A program made the position numbers and the translations under genes. From a virus, in IMG/VR virus record IMGVR_UViG_3300028029_000006, positions 184,236 to 248,235 of that record: a stretch of 64,000 nt of DNA. The stretch is one strand, 5' to 3'. A model generated the notes under the pieces. It was given only the letters and a program-made list of their open reading frames with translations. It made no database searches and was not told where the DNA came from. This document shows positions 39,473-49,064 of this stretch, piece after piece; within the stretch, counting starts at the first letter, position 1; each line of letters opens with the position of its first letter.

Positions 39473-39750
39473 TGAATAAGCAACATAGTTTCAAGATTAA
39501 CTGGCGAAGTGATCAAACTGGAGCAATCAAGGGGATGCGTAATTCTTTAGAAGAAAAGGAACCAAAAGCATTTGCTGCATTGCCTGAAGCATATCAAAAC
39601 GACAATTGTTTAAGCTTCCGTCGTAACGGTAATGGTCTTTATTGTTGGCCCCAACCGAATCAAGTTACAGCTTTGCGGAACTGGACGCATGTTTTTAATG
39701 ATGAGACAGCTAAATGGGTTAGGTTCGTAGTATCATTTGAAACTCTTTGA
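39472..39750 (+). CDS. hypothetical protein
   Basis: Paralog of 33629; TAATG coupling. Confidence 0.7.
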   Translation: MNKQHSFKINWRSDQTGAIKGMRNSLEEKEPKAFAALPEAYQNDNCLSFRRNGNGLYCWPQPNQVTALRNWTHVFNDETAKWVRFVVSFETL

Positions 39751-39762
39751 GGATAATTAAAA

Positions 39763-40083
39763 ATGTCATTACCTAAAGATATAACTGTTGGCGAATTGCT
39801 GGACTATTTGAAAGAATCATTAGCAAAAGAAGAAATTTCAAGAGAAACTGGTGTACTCATAGAGATGTATGTTCTATCAAAAGAAGATGAACGTCTTAAA
39901 CCTATCGAGGATGAACTTGGATATCATATTCCAGATGATATTGCAGATGATTGTTTTAATTTTCATATTGGTACTTGGTCTGGATCTCCGAATCCAAAAG
40001 ATGATGGTTCAGCTTGGGTAGCTTTATCATGTTATATGGGTCAGTCTTCATTAAAGAGAATAGTTAAATCTAAGATAGAATAA
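39763..40083 (+). CDS. hypothetical protein
   Basis: GAGGA RBS. Confidence 0.65.
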   Translation: MSLPKDITVGELLDYLKESLAKEEISRETGVLIEMYVLSKEDERLKPIEDELGYHIPDDIADDCFNFHIGTWSGSPNPKDDGSAWVALSCYMGQSSLKRIVKSKIE

Positions 40084-40086
40084 AAT

Positions 40087-40419
40087 ATGAAAAAGATATG
40101 GTTAGGGCCTAGTGGTCATCCAATTTGTGGGCATCAGGATCATCCTACTTTTATTCGGCCGATTCATATTGATTTTGTAGGATCGACTGAGGGATGTTGC
40201 GAAGAAGAGATTCGTAATCTTGCATGTGGAGATTTGCATGCTATGATTTTTTACGATGATTGTATGGTTGTTACAATTAATGAATATTGTTACGGCTTTT
40301 GGGATCGTTTGGATGGTAAGTCACAACAAGGTAAGGTTGCTTTGTGGGGAACTGATTATCAAATATCCAAACGAGGTTTAGATGCAATCAACGAGCATGA
40401 AAGACTTAATAAGGCATAA
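40087..40419 (+). CDS. hypothetical protein
   Basis: Operonic ORF. Confidence 0.6.
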   Translation: MKKIWLGPSGHPICGHQDHPTFIRPIHIDFVGSTEGCCEEEIRNLACGDLHAMIFYDDCMVVTINEYCYGFWDRLDGKSQQGKVALWGTDYQISKRGLDAINEHERLNKA

Positions 40420-40442
40420 AATATAATTAATTTAGGTGAAAC

Positions 40443-40673
40443 ATGCGACCATATGGTATTAATAGATATTATGTTTTAACAACTACAAGTCAATCTATTG
40501 GTAGTTGTTCAAGAGATAGCAATATGTCATCTTTTGGAGACAAAGAAATTTGGATTAGTACTGGAATACAAGGCGATACAAATTTGGTTAAGGTTAATCA
40601 TAACTCAAATGAGATTGCATCGAAAATCGAGAAAGCTGATAAGGCAATAAAAGAAAAATGTATGAAACAATAA
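40443..40673 (+). CDS. hypothetical protein
   Basis: AGGTGA RBS. Confidence 0.5.
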   Translation: MRPYGINRYYVLTTTSQSIGSCSRDSNMSSFGDKEIWISTGIQGDTNLVKVNHNSNEIASKIEKADKAIKEKCMKQ

Positions 40674-40832
40674 TCATATTTGGTTTACCAATTTCTGTTG
40701 GTTTGGTGTTCGCTACTTTGAAGTTAAAATGTAAAAGCTGAAGAACCTTGTAAAAAAAGCGAAGTCCTAAAAGATCAATCAATTGAAGACTCTTCATATT
40801 ATGAATATAAGACTGGGCGGGGTTGATATAAT

Positions 40833-41120
40833 ATGAAGAGTATAATGACAGAAGACTGGCTTGGTGTTGAAATTTGGCGGTTACCAAATGGTTTAATTCA
40901 TCGAGAAGATGCCGTTGCCGGCAACGATATCATCTTATGGTGATAAGACTTGGCAAGAAAACGGAAAACTTCATCGGTTGCATGGGGCAGCTCTTATATA
41001 TATACAGAGAGAAGTTATGATAACAAAGTTTTTATTGCTGCCATTAAGCAATGGTATCTTGAAGGTGTGGAGTATACAGAAGAAGAGCACAGAGAAAAAG
41101 TTAAGCAGCTATTGAATTAG
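40833..41120 (+). pseudogene. frameshifted HRENDLPA-repeat gene
   Basis: Segments WRLPNGLIHRED / LPA..GKLHR / WYLEGVEYTEEE separated by two frame changes. Confidence 0.7.
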
Positions 41121-41136
41121 AAAATACAAGTAAGCT

Positions 41137-41210
41137 ACCTCCATAGCTCAGTTGGATAGAGCAAATCTCTTCTAAAGATAAGGTCATCCGTTCGAATCGG
41201 ATTGGAGGTG
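41137..41210 (+). tRNA. trnR: tRNA-Arg(TCT)
   Basis: ACCTCCA/TGGAGGT acceptor; CT TCT AA loop; TTCGAAT T-loop. Confidence 0.9.
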
Positions 41211-41212
41211 CT

Positions 41213-41357
41213 GAGAAAAATGTTACCAGTTAGCCCCAGCTGGTTTTCGCGATAAGTTCGCAACTTATCAGAGAATACAATAGATACCTGCTTTTGAAGA
41301 CGTTCTTTAGCAAACTGTCAGAGTTATATGGGTCTGTCTACGAAAATATTTTTCTCT
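41213..41357 (+). ncRNA. putative multibranch structured RNA
   Basis: Closing stem GAGAAAAATGTT/AATATTTTTCTC with internal hairpins. Confidence 0.45.
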
Positions 41358-41386
41358 TTTATTTTAAGGTAGTTAGTAACTATCTT

Positions 41387-41420
41387 GGATCTATAGCACA
41401 ACGGTAGTGCAGAGGTTCCT
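41387..41420 (+). pseudogene. 5' half of a tRNA
   Basis: GGATCTA-TA-GCAC-AACGGTA-GTGC D-arm; no T-arm follows. Confidence 0.55.
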
Positions 41421-41506
41421 GAGCATTCGGAAATAAAAAGGCTTATCTTTAATCCCTAAAAGTTTAACTAGGTTAAAAGCATGATATATATATATATATT
41501 TATGCT

Positions 41507-41941
41507 ATGAAAAAATGTTGTACTTGCCAAACAGAAAGGAATAAAAAGGATTTTAATAAGAATAAGGCAAAATCAGATGGCCTTAATAGTATTTGTCGAG
41601 CATGTTCGCAAGCGAGAAGTAGGCTCTATTATAGAGAGAATCGCAAGAAACACCTAGCAGTTGTCACAAGAAAAAATAAAAAACGAAGAAAAGAAGTGCA
41701 CCAATTTATCGTTGAGTATTTACAGTTGCACCCATGTGTTGATTGTGGCGAAGGTAATCCGGTGGTTCTTGAATTCGATCATATTAAAGGAGATAAAAAG
41801 GATGCTGTATCGTCTCTCATACAAAGACGATGCAGCATTAATACAATTAAATCTGAAATAGATAAATGCGAAATAAGGTGTGCCAATTGTCATCGAAAGA
41901 AAACAGCTGTTGATTTCAATTGGTATAAACTGGGTTCATAG
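41507..41941 (+). CDS. HNH homing endonuclease
   Basis: CxxC Zn finger; CVDCG..LEFDH..KCEIRCANCHRKKT. Confidence 0.85.
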   Translation: MKKCCTCQTERNKKDFNKNKAKSDGLNSICRACSQARSRLYYRENRKKHLAVVTRKNKKRRKEVHQFIVEYLQLHPCVDCGEGNPVVLEFDHIKGDKKDAVSSLIQRRCSINTIKSEIDKCEIRCANCHRKKTAVDFNWYKLGS

Positions 41942-42005
41942 CCAAGTATGGTAAGGCAGCGGACTTTTAATCCGAAGAGCGGGGGTTCAAATCCCTCTGA
42001 ACCCA
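41932..42005 (+). tRNA. trnK: tRNA-Lys(TTT)
   Basis: GGGTTCA/TGAACCC acceptor; CT TTT AA loop. Confidence 0.9.
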
Positions 42006-42021
42006 CTGAATTAATATTGTT

Positions 42022-42373
42022 ATGAAAAAAGTAATGACACTAGATAAGTACGGTAATGAAATTTGGGTAATACCCACAAAAGATAAGTTTTGGAGATTAC
42101 CTAATGGAGATTTACACAGAGAAAACGATTTACAGGCTGTTGAATGTGAAAATGGAGACAAGTGAATGGTGGGTTAATGATTTACGTCATAGAGAGAATA
42201 ATAAACCGGCTGTTGAATGGGGAGATGGAAGAAAATCTTGGTATGTTAATGGTTTAAGCCATAGAACTAATGGCCCAGCATTTGAAAATGCAAGTGGTCA
42301 TAAATCGTGGCATCTTGAAGGTGTAGAATATTCTGAAGAAGAGTATAATAAGAAAGTAAAAGATTATGTTTGA
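42022..42373 (+). pseudogene. HRENDLPA-repeat gene with 1-nt frameshift
   Basis: ...ENGDK then an extra T before GAATGGTGG (EWW) near 42163. Confidence 0.72.
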
Positions 42374-42473
42374 ATTTATTGGTAAGGTAATTGTTGGGTT
42401 AGTTCTTTTTGGAGTTTTGCTTTTTCACACTTCATTGGGAGGTTGGTCTGTATTGGGTTTTGCAGTACCATTT

Positions 42474-42536
42474 TTGATGGGCAAGTAGAGTTTGATTAAG
42501 ATTGATGGGCAAGTAGAGTTTGATTAAGATTGATGG
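42474..42536. repeat. 28-bp tandem duplication
   Basis: TTGATGGGCAAGTAGAGTTTGATTAAGA, about 2.2 copies. Confidence 0.85.
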
Positions 42537-42557
42537 TTATTGAAAGAAGTGATTACT

Positions 42558-42851
42558 ATGAAAGCATTTAATGAGTGGTGGGATATTAATATTCAGAATT
42601 ATTTATGCCTTGAATCGGAGGCTATGGCGACTTGGGAAGGTGGAGAAACCAGTGGCCGTAATTTTATTCTTGAATCATTTAAGATTCCAAAAAAAGTGCT
42701 CGTTGAAAAAATACCATTCGATAATTCTAAGTTTCTAGTCCTCATTGTTAATCCTAAAAAGGAAGGTATTAATATTAGTATTAACGCATTTACCATATGG
42801 TGTGACAATGAAGCAAAAGCTAACGATATTGCTGAAGCCTTTAATTCGTAG
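42558..42851 (+). CDS. hypothetical protein
   Basis: ORF. Confidence 0.55.
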   Translation: MKAFNEWWDINIQNYLCLESEAMATWEGGETSGRNFILESFKIPKKVLVEKIPFDNSKFLVLIVNPKKEGINISINAFTIWCDNEAKANDIAEAFNS

Positions 42852-42895
42852 ATAATTAGTTTTGATAGTTATAAATAAAACAAAAAGGAAATATT

Positions 42896-43093
42896 ATGGA
42901 TGATATTCACAAAGATGAATGTTGCGATTGTGTAAGTTACTGTATCTGTTCTGTTAATGCAGAGCGAAGAAAACGAAGATTGCAAGAAGGTAGAGATTTT
43001 AACTTGAAATATATGTGTGAACATAATAGTCCACCCCGAATGCATAGAGCTGATTTTCCCGCAATTCTTCAGAAGACTATAAAACATGGATAA
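42896..43093 (+). CDS. small Cys-rich protein
   Basis: AAGGA RBS. Confidence 0.55.
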   Translation: MDDIHKDECCDCVSYCICSVNAERRKRRLQEGRDFNLKYMCEHNSPPRMHRADFPAILQKTIKHG

Positions 43094-43315
43094 TTAGGAA
43101 ATATTATGGATAATTAGGAGATTATGGTTGCGGTTGTTTTCATTACGACTCGTGTTATTGTGCAGACAAATACGAACGAAGAGAACAATATATAATAAGT
43201 TATATTTTAAAAATGAAAGGGCATTATTTAAAAATAAGGCATAAATATCCTGAAATGTATGTCTTTAATATGCTTTATGAAGATGAATAATATATGGATA
43301 AGATATGGATAAGAT

Positions 43316-43705
43316 ATGAATAGAATTAAGTCAATTAAAGAAGTGTTTGGTGATGAAGGCCCTTATGATGGTTTCATTATTGAAACGGAAGATGAAACTA
43401 TTAAGTTACTGATTAGCAATGGGTATAATTGCTGTGAAGAGTGGGGTTACTTCTTATCAGAAGATGATGTTAATAGTTTTATTGGCAGTGTGATTCTATC
43501 AATATCGCTAACAGATAGCGGTTTAGTTACTAAGAAATTAGAATCTTTAGAAGAGAAATTGAATGAGCCTTTAAGTGTAATGTTTGTTACCATTGAGACG
43601 AATAGCGGCACTTTGCAATTTACAGCTTACAATAGCCACAATGGTTATTACGCACATGAGGGTTGTGTTATTAGTAGAGAATTAAATCATAAAGAAAATC
43701 TATGA
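43316..43705 (+). CDS. conserved phage protein (CCE...HNGYY motif)
   Basis: NCCEEWGY and YNSHNGYYAH motifs. Confidence 0.7.
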   Translation: MNRIKSIKEVFGDEGPYDGFIIETEDETIKLLISNGYNCCEEWGYFLSEDDVNSFIGSVILSISLTDSGLVTKKLESLEEKLNEPLSVMFVTIETNSGTLQFTAYNSHNGYYAHEGCVISRELNHKENL

Positions 43706-43956
43706 AAATCACAAACAAAAAGTATCCTAATTATGATGGTCATCAATGTGTTATTGTAGATGATAAAAACAAACTTGACATTACTGATTGTGATGAAATT
43801 CCTATCATGCTTAAGGATAAGTTTAAGATATCAGTTATGGGTACTGATCAGCTTGGAATGAGTCGCCCTTTTTATAAGTCAGTTATTATCTTAAATAAAG
43901 AAGACGCTTTGGTATTGGCCGGGTTGTTGGTTGATTTTTGTATTAAAGGTAAATGA
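43702..43956 (+). CDS. hypothetical protein
   Basis: C-terminus L.KED.L.L..LL resembles 37507 ORF. Confidence 0.6.
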   Translation: MKITNKKYPNYDGHQCVIVDDKNKLDITDCDEIPIMLKDKFKISVMGTDQLGMSRPFYKSVIILNKEDALVLAGLLVDFCIKGK

Positions 43957-43957
43957 A

Positions 43958-44278
43958 ATGAGTATAAGGTCTGATTTTGGTTTTGCTTTCAAGAGTCATC
44001 TTTTAGAGGTGATGCAAAGCAAAGAGATTTATAATTTTTTGTTTGATTTTGCTGATGAAACGCATTGTCATGTAGAAGGAACGTTGTTTGTATTTCGCAG
44101 CTCAAAAAATTGGGCGGATTCTTATCCTGAGTATGATTTACTTCAGTTGAAAGATGATGATTACTTGATTATACAGGCGTGTGACGAATATCCTTCATCC
44201 CTAAAAGGAGATAGGGGTGATTGGCATGATAATCCTTGGGGATTGGGGCGTTATGTTTCAGTTAGTTTAGGTGTGTAA
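43958..44278 (+). CDS. hypothetical protein
   Basis: Operonic ORF. Confidence 0.6.
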   Translation: MSIRSDFGFAFKSHLLEVMQSKEIYNFLFDFADETHCHVEGTLFVFRSSKNWADSYPEYDLLQLKDDDYLIIQACDEYPSSLKGDRGDWHDNPWGLGRYVSVSLGV

Positions 44279-44290
44279 TAAAAGGTAAGT

Positions 44291-44611
44291 ATGAAATTAT
44301 CAGAACTAAGAGAAGTTAGGAACAAGTTAATTGCAAAAGGGTTGCTACTACATAAAGTATCTTCTGATATTCGTTTTCGATTGAAAACAAGGGAAGATGA
44401 TTTTGTTAAGTTGGTTAATTCTCCTAAATTCAAGACATCTAATAAAAAAGCTGCTTTAAGGATTTTGAAAATGTTTGATGAACTCGGGGGTGAGTTTATT
44501 ATTGCTGGCAATTTAGTATATCGATTATTAGATGAAGGTGGTTTTAATGATTTGTTAGATGATTGTGAAGTTATTCCTACTGATGAAGAAAAAAGAGAAA
44601 TCCTAGGATAG
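44291..44611 (+). CDS. hypothetical protein
   Basis: AAGGT RBS. Confidence 0.6.
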   Translation: MKLSELREVRNKLIAKGLLLHKVSSDIRFRLKTREDDFVKLVNSPKFKTSNKKAALRILKMFDELGGEFIIAGNLVYRLLDEGGFNDLLDDCEVIPTDEEKREILG

Positions 44612-44616
44612 ATAAA

Positions 44617-44877
44617 ATGAGTTGGTATAAATGTAAAGCATCTAATTCGAAAGTTATTTTATCATTCATATGGGATCATGATAAGAATGATGTAGAGTTT
44701 TTTGAGGATTCATTGGTTTTCATTGAGGATACTTATGGGGATTTATTGGATGCTCGCATCTTTACTTGTGAAGATGATGTTAAAGTTTTGCAAGTTGAGA
44801 CTATCAAACATTCTTCTGAAGAAGAAGTTCATGAGTTTAAGATGATTGAAGTTATTGATTTAGCAAATAGGATTTAA
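44617..44877 (+). CDS. hypothetical protein
   Basis: Paralog of 34776. Confidence 0.65.
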   Translation: MSWYKCKASNSKVILSFIWDHDKNDVEFFEDSLVFIEDTYGDLLDARIFTCEDDVKVLQVETIKHSSEEEVHEFKMIEVIDLANRI

Positions 44878-45005
44878 GATGAGTTTAGAGGCTTTAGAGG
44901 GGTTTGGTTTTGAAATTAAGAATGGTTATTACAGGTATTTGTTTTATGATGATAAGCAGAGACACTGATTGATAAATAGATTCTTACCTTAATAGGTAAG
45001 AGTTT

Positions 45006-45078
45006 GGCCATGTATTCCAACGGCAGAGAAAGTCGGCTTAAAACCGATCCAGTGTGGGTTCGACTCCCACCATGGCTA
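45006..45078 (+). tRNA. trnL: tRNA-Leu(TAA), short variable loop
   Basis: GGCCATG/CATGGCT; GTCGG-CT TAA AA-CCGAT; 5-nt variable loop. Confidence 0.85.
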
Positions 45079-45118
45079 CAAAAACAATTTAAAAGAAATA
45101 TAAATAAACAGATCTAAA

Positions 45119-45562
45119 ATGAAAAAAGATGGAGAATCAATGACACCTTTAGAAAAATTAATAGAAAGCAATAAAGAAGATTTTTCAACATCAAATTCTG
45201 GTTGGAGAGCTTTATTGTCTACATGGGATTGGCATACAGTAATAATAAACCTTTATCAAGGTTGGGATCATCCTATCGATGACACCAAAGATGTATCTTT
45301 TGTTATGTTTGAGCATACAGATTCAAATAAATCAAAAGAGATGGCTGGTAGTTTTGATGATATTGCAACTGGTTTGTTTTATTATCGAGATTGGACTCGT
45401 TCTGGTTTGCCATTTACATCAGAAGATGGCGTTTTTTGGTCTGGTTTTTGGTTTCAAAAATTATCTGAAGCTAAAATATTTCATGATATTAATGGTGGAA
45501 TTGTTAATTGGGAAAATGATTTTGAAGAGAAGCGTTTGGCAATGGTTGAAATGGGGTTTTAG
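45119..45562 (+). CDS. hypothetical protein
   Basis: ORF whose stop lies inside the next tRNA. Confidence 0.65.
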   Translation: MKKDGESMTPLEKLIESNKEDFSTSNSGWRALLSTWDWHTVIINLYQGWDHPIDDTKDVSFVMFEHTDSNKSKEMAGSFDDIATGLFYYRDWTRSGLPFTSEDGVFWSGFWFQKLSEAKIFHDINGGIVNWENDFEEKRLAMVEMGF

Positions 45563-45629
45563 CTCAATTGGTTAGAGCACCTAGCTCATAACTAGGATGT
45601 TTCGGGTTCGAACCCCGAAGACCCTACCA
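45553..45629 (+). tRNA. tRNA with CAT anticodon (Ile2 or elongator Met), encoded CCA
   Basis: CCTAG-CT CAT AA-CTAGG; lacks initiator features. Confidence 0.88.
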
Positions 45630-45640
45630 AGAAGGAAAAT

Positions 45641-45991
45641 ATGAACTTAACTAAAGATGAAGTTTTTGCCAAAGCGGCAGATGGAATATTAAAACAGGGA
45701 GTAATCTCCGCAGGAGAAGATGGTTGCTGCTTTAAATACAGAAGCAATGGATTAAAATGCACAATAGGTTTCTTAATTGATGATGAACAATATAACTCTG
45801 ATTTAGAGGGACAAGATACAAATTCTACTCAAGTAAAAAGAGCGTTAATGAAGTCTGGAGTTGTAGAATGGGATTTGGTTGATGATCTTCAATGGTTACA
45901 TGATAATGTGGTCCCAGAAAATTGGTTAAGTCTTTTAGTTAAACTTGCTGAGCATCATAAGATTAAATGGAAACCAAAGAATGATATTTGA
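45641..45991 (+). CDS. conserved phage hypothetical protein
   Basis: Q..S..C.Y...GLKC.IG.LI..LQ..HD motif. Confidence 0.7.
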   Translation: MNLTKDEVFAKAADGILKQGVISAGEDGCCFKYRSNGLKCTIGFLIDDEQYNSDLEGQDTNSTQVKRALMKSGVVEWDLVDDLQWLHDNVVPENWLSLLVKLAEHHKIKWKPKNDI

Positions 45992-46337
45992 TTTAAAAGT
46001 TGGCGATAAAGTTCGTGTAGTAATAATAAATTCAAATTATGTAGATGTAACATTTGAGTTTAATACATCTGTTATTGATATAGATTTAACAGATTCAACC
46101 GTTCAGGTTAAAGTTAGTGAAGAGGCGAAAATTAAAGGTTTTCTGTTTGATTCTTGGTGGGTATACGTAAACTCCTCAGCTAATTTAATTAAAGGTATGG
46201 GTAAAGTCTTAAGTAGAATTGAAGATGATGTAATTGAAGTTAAAGATAAAAAGAATTTCAGTCCATTAATGAATGATCCATATGGCAAAGGTCCAGAAGG
46301 TGAGACAATGGGGCCATCTGGATTGACGTTTCTTTAA
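45981..46337 (+). CDS. hypothetical protein with SGLTFL tail
   Basis: SH3-like KVGDKVRV start. Confidence 0.6.
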   Translation: MIFDLKVGDKVRVVIINSNYVDVTFEFNTSVIDIDLTDSTVQVKVSEEAKIKGFLFDSWWVYVNSSANLIKGMGKVLSRIEDDVIEVKDKKNFSPLMNDPYGKGPEGETMGPSGLTFL

Positions 46338-46623
46338 GGCAGAAATGAAAATAATTAAAAAGTTAATTATGATTTTATTTTATATTAGCATAATTTTAGG
46401 ATGTGTTGTAGGAATTATTACTTAGCTTGTCTTAGCTAATGTAAGTTTTTAAAAGGAAAAGTTTAGATATGAAATCAGATGATGCTATTGATTTAATTGT
46501 AATAATTTTTTATATTTGTTTCTTGTTTTTGCTTTGTTATGTTGGGGTAACCCATTTTGGTTTAGCTATAGGTCGTGCGGTTGGAATTAGTGCTTGGTTA
46601 ATTCTTATTAAACTCAAGATCTT

Positions 46624-46815
46624 ATGAAGATTGATTTCGAAAATCCAGATGATATTATTTATGAACTGAATAAGCTCATTGATAGATTAAATCATCCTGA
46701 GTTATGTGTTGGCACAACAAGTTTATCTACATCGAACTTGATTAAGTGGAGTAGAATTAAGAAACGGTTTGATGATTTGGTGCTGTTGTTGGAGAATGAT
46801 TTAAAGGATAAGTGA
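46624..46815 (+). CDS. hypothetical protein
   Basis: Operonic ORF. Confidence 0.5.
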   Translation: MKIDFENPDDIIYELNKLIDRLNHPELCVGTTSLSTSNLIKWSRIKKRFDDLVLLLENDLKDK

Positions 46816-46816
46816 T

Positions 46817-47500
46817 ATGGGTTATGATACGTTGGCTTTAAATGAAAAAGGTGAGAGCGTTAATGGTATTTACGTTTCCCCTTATGGTATTGAGGTAGAA
46901 TTTTATAAAAATTGGATCTACATTCGAGACGAGAAAGGTCATGATGAAGATGTTTCTTTTTCCAACAATGTTGTAATGGAGTTTCACGAAGGTCTTATTA
47001 CATACAAAGATACTAATATTGTTTCTGTTAGAGGTCCACAGAATAGTATTTGTGCAGTAATCTGGTCTGGGTATGGTAAAGATGTTACTGGAATGATTGG
47101 TGTTAGTTGTTATGGATATGATAAAGATAAATGGGTTGGGGTTAACGAAGATACTATCAACCATCTAAAAAATGAATTTCTTCTAAAAACTGTTAGAAAA
47201 CGGTTTGCTGTATGTTCATCAGCAAAAACTTTCATTAAAGAGATGAATGAGCATGATAGGAAATATCTTTTTCTTGAAGCTAAAGCAATCAATGGTAATA
47301 CTTTTAATTATGGTCAGTTTAAATATGATTTACCTGAAGAGTTTCGTTACATTGATTTTAATGATGGCTTAAGGTTTAACCAAGGCGACAAGTTTTTCTC
47401 TGACAAGTATGGTATCGATTTGAATTGTACATTGGTTGGTGAATCTAATAAACCTGTGATTGAAGGGTTAATTGAAGGGTTAATTAAAGGAATGAAATGA
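46817..47500 (+). CDS. hypothetical protein
   Basis: 227-aa ORF with AAGGA RBS. Confidence 0.7.
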   Translation: MGYDTLALNEKGESVNGIYVSPYGIEVEFYKNWIYIRDEKGHDEDVSFSNNVVMEFHEGLITYKDTNIVSVRGPQNSICAVIWSGYGKDVTGMIGVSCYGYDKDKWVGVNEDTINHLKNEFLLKTVRKRFAVCSSAKTFIKEMNEHDRKYLFLEAKAINGNTFNYGQFKYDLPEEFRYIDFNDGLRFNQGDKFFSDKYGIDLNCTLVGESNKPVIEGLIEGLIKGMK

Positions 47501-47955
47501 TTGAATATAAAGTAGAAGTATATGAAGGTGGCGAAGTTAATTGGTATCTAAATGATCTGTCTCATAGAGGAGGAGATTTACCAGCCATTGTCCGACCAGA
47601 TGGTCATAAAGAGTGGTGGCTGAATGGTAAACTTCATAGAGATAATGATAAACCTGCTATCATTCACTCAAATGGTAATAAAGAGTGGTATGTAAATGAT
47701 TTGCGTCATAGAAATAACAATTTACCAGCTAATGAACGGACAGACGGATCTAGATTTTGGTATGTGAATGACAAGCTTCATAGAACAGCTGGTCCAGCTT
47801 GTGAGTTTTCAGATGGTCGTAAATCTTGGTTCCTTAAAGGTGTAAAATATTCAGAAGAAGCGTACAACAAGAAAATGAATCTTAATCAAAATTCTTATGA
47901 TGGTAAGATGGTTGAAGTTGATGGTAAAAAATACAAACTAGAAGAGATAGCTTAA
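47497..47955 (+). CDS. HRENDLPA-repeat protein with GKMVEVDGKKYKL tail
   Basis: Four repeats plus tail. Confidence 0.82.
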   Translation: MIEYKVEVYEGGEVNWYLNDLSHRGGDLPAIVRPDGHKEWWLNGKLHRDNDKPAIIHSNGNKEWYVNDLRHRNNNLPANERTDGSRFWYVNDKLHRTAGPACEFSDGRKSWFLKGVKYSEEAYNKKMNLNQNSYDGKMVEVDGKKYKLEEIA

Positions 47956-47958
47956 TTA

Positions 47959-48183
47959 ATGAAAGCTAAAATTGAATCAAACTATGTAGCTCTTCAAGGA
48001 GTTGAGGAGTTACCAAATGATATTGGTGTTATCAAAGTATCTTGTGATGATGCTAATGATTACTTAACAAAACCTTCTGCTCTATCTTTTGGAGATAGGC
48101 TGTATGGCAAGACTGGTTGGAATAGTGATTTGTTTATCTGTTATTATAGAACTGATGCTTGTTTGGCAGAGAAGATTAAGTAA
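47959..48183 (+). CDS. hypothetical protein
   Basis: Operonic ORF. Confidence 0.6.
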   Translation: MKAKIESNYVALQGVEELPNDIGVIKVSCDDANDYLTKPSALSFGDRLYGKTGWNSDLFICYYRTDACLAEKIK

Positions 48184-48200
48184 TTAAGAAAACATAAATT

Positions 48201-48560
48201 ATGAATGATATAATTTGTTTCAGACAAAATAAGTTGGACATGCATTTTGCAGATGATAATCTTTGGATTTGTGATGGAAATTTAACTACATCTTTCTCTA
48301 TGAAAGAAGAAGAGCATCATAAATTTATTGCCCTCTTAAAAAGAGCGCTTAATGAACTTAAAGATGAGGATGATTATATAGATGTGCAAGGGGAAAAATC
48401 CCTTGCCGCAATTATAAATCAAACTGACAGTTATATGATAGAATTGTTTTTTGACAGAAACTTTATTAGTTTTCGTATTAAACATAAAAGAATGGAAGAA
48501 TTTGATGGTTTTATCAAAAAAGGTTTCAATCAAAAATTTAGCCCAGTTTATTTTTTTTAA
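48201..48560 (+). CDS. hypothetical protein
   Basis: Operonic ORF. Confidence 0.6.
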   Translation: MNDIICFRQNKLDMHFADDNLWICDGNLTTSFSMKEEEHHKFIALLKRALNELKDEDDYIDVQGEKSLAAIINQTDSYMIELFFDRNFISFRIKHKRMEEFDGFIKKGFNQKFSPVYFF

Positions 48561-48788
48561 AGAAAAACAGAATTATGAAAAGAAAAAATGTAAAGAAACA
48601 GAACAATATCACTTGGCAATCCGACATTGCCTCTTTGGATAAAGGTCACAAGATTAATTGTGAGAATCCTTTCAATAAGAAAATTAAAAAGTAAATGAAT
48701 AACTTCGATAAGTTAAACGAAGGGCAAAAGGCATACATTAAAACTATGCTAAGTTCTGAGAGTAATGATGCAGCAAAAGAGATTCTAA

Positions 48789-49064
48789 ATGCATTTAGAT
48801 AAGAAAAATGCAGATTGGCATGTTAATTATAGACTAACACTTGGGGCTGTTACTAACACGGTTAAGTATCCTAATTTGGAAAAAGCTGTTAGTAGTATGG
48901 TGTTAATCAGACTTGCAGATGAAATCATTTATGATGTAGAAATTATTAAAACAGTAAACGGAAATCCAACCGTTGTTTATTCTGATGACGATTTAGATGA
49001 AGATTTGGAATTGTTTTACTCTTCAATTGAAGATAAAATTAAAGAAGATGAGCAATATGAGTAA
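48789..49064 (+). CDS. hypothetical protein
   Basis: ORF. Confidence 0.5.
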   Translation: MHLDKKNADWHVNYRLTLGAVTNTVKYPNLEKAVSSMVLIRLADEIIYDVEIIKTVNGNPTVVYSDDDLDEDLELFYSSIEDKIKEDEQYE

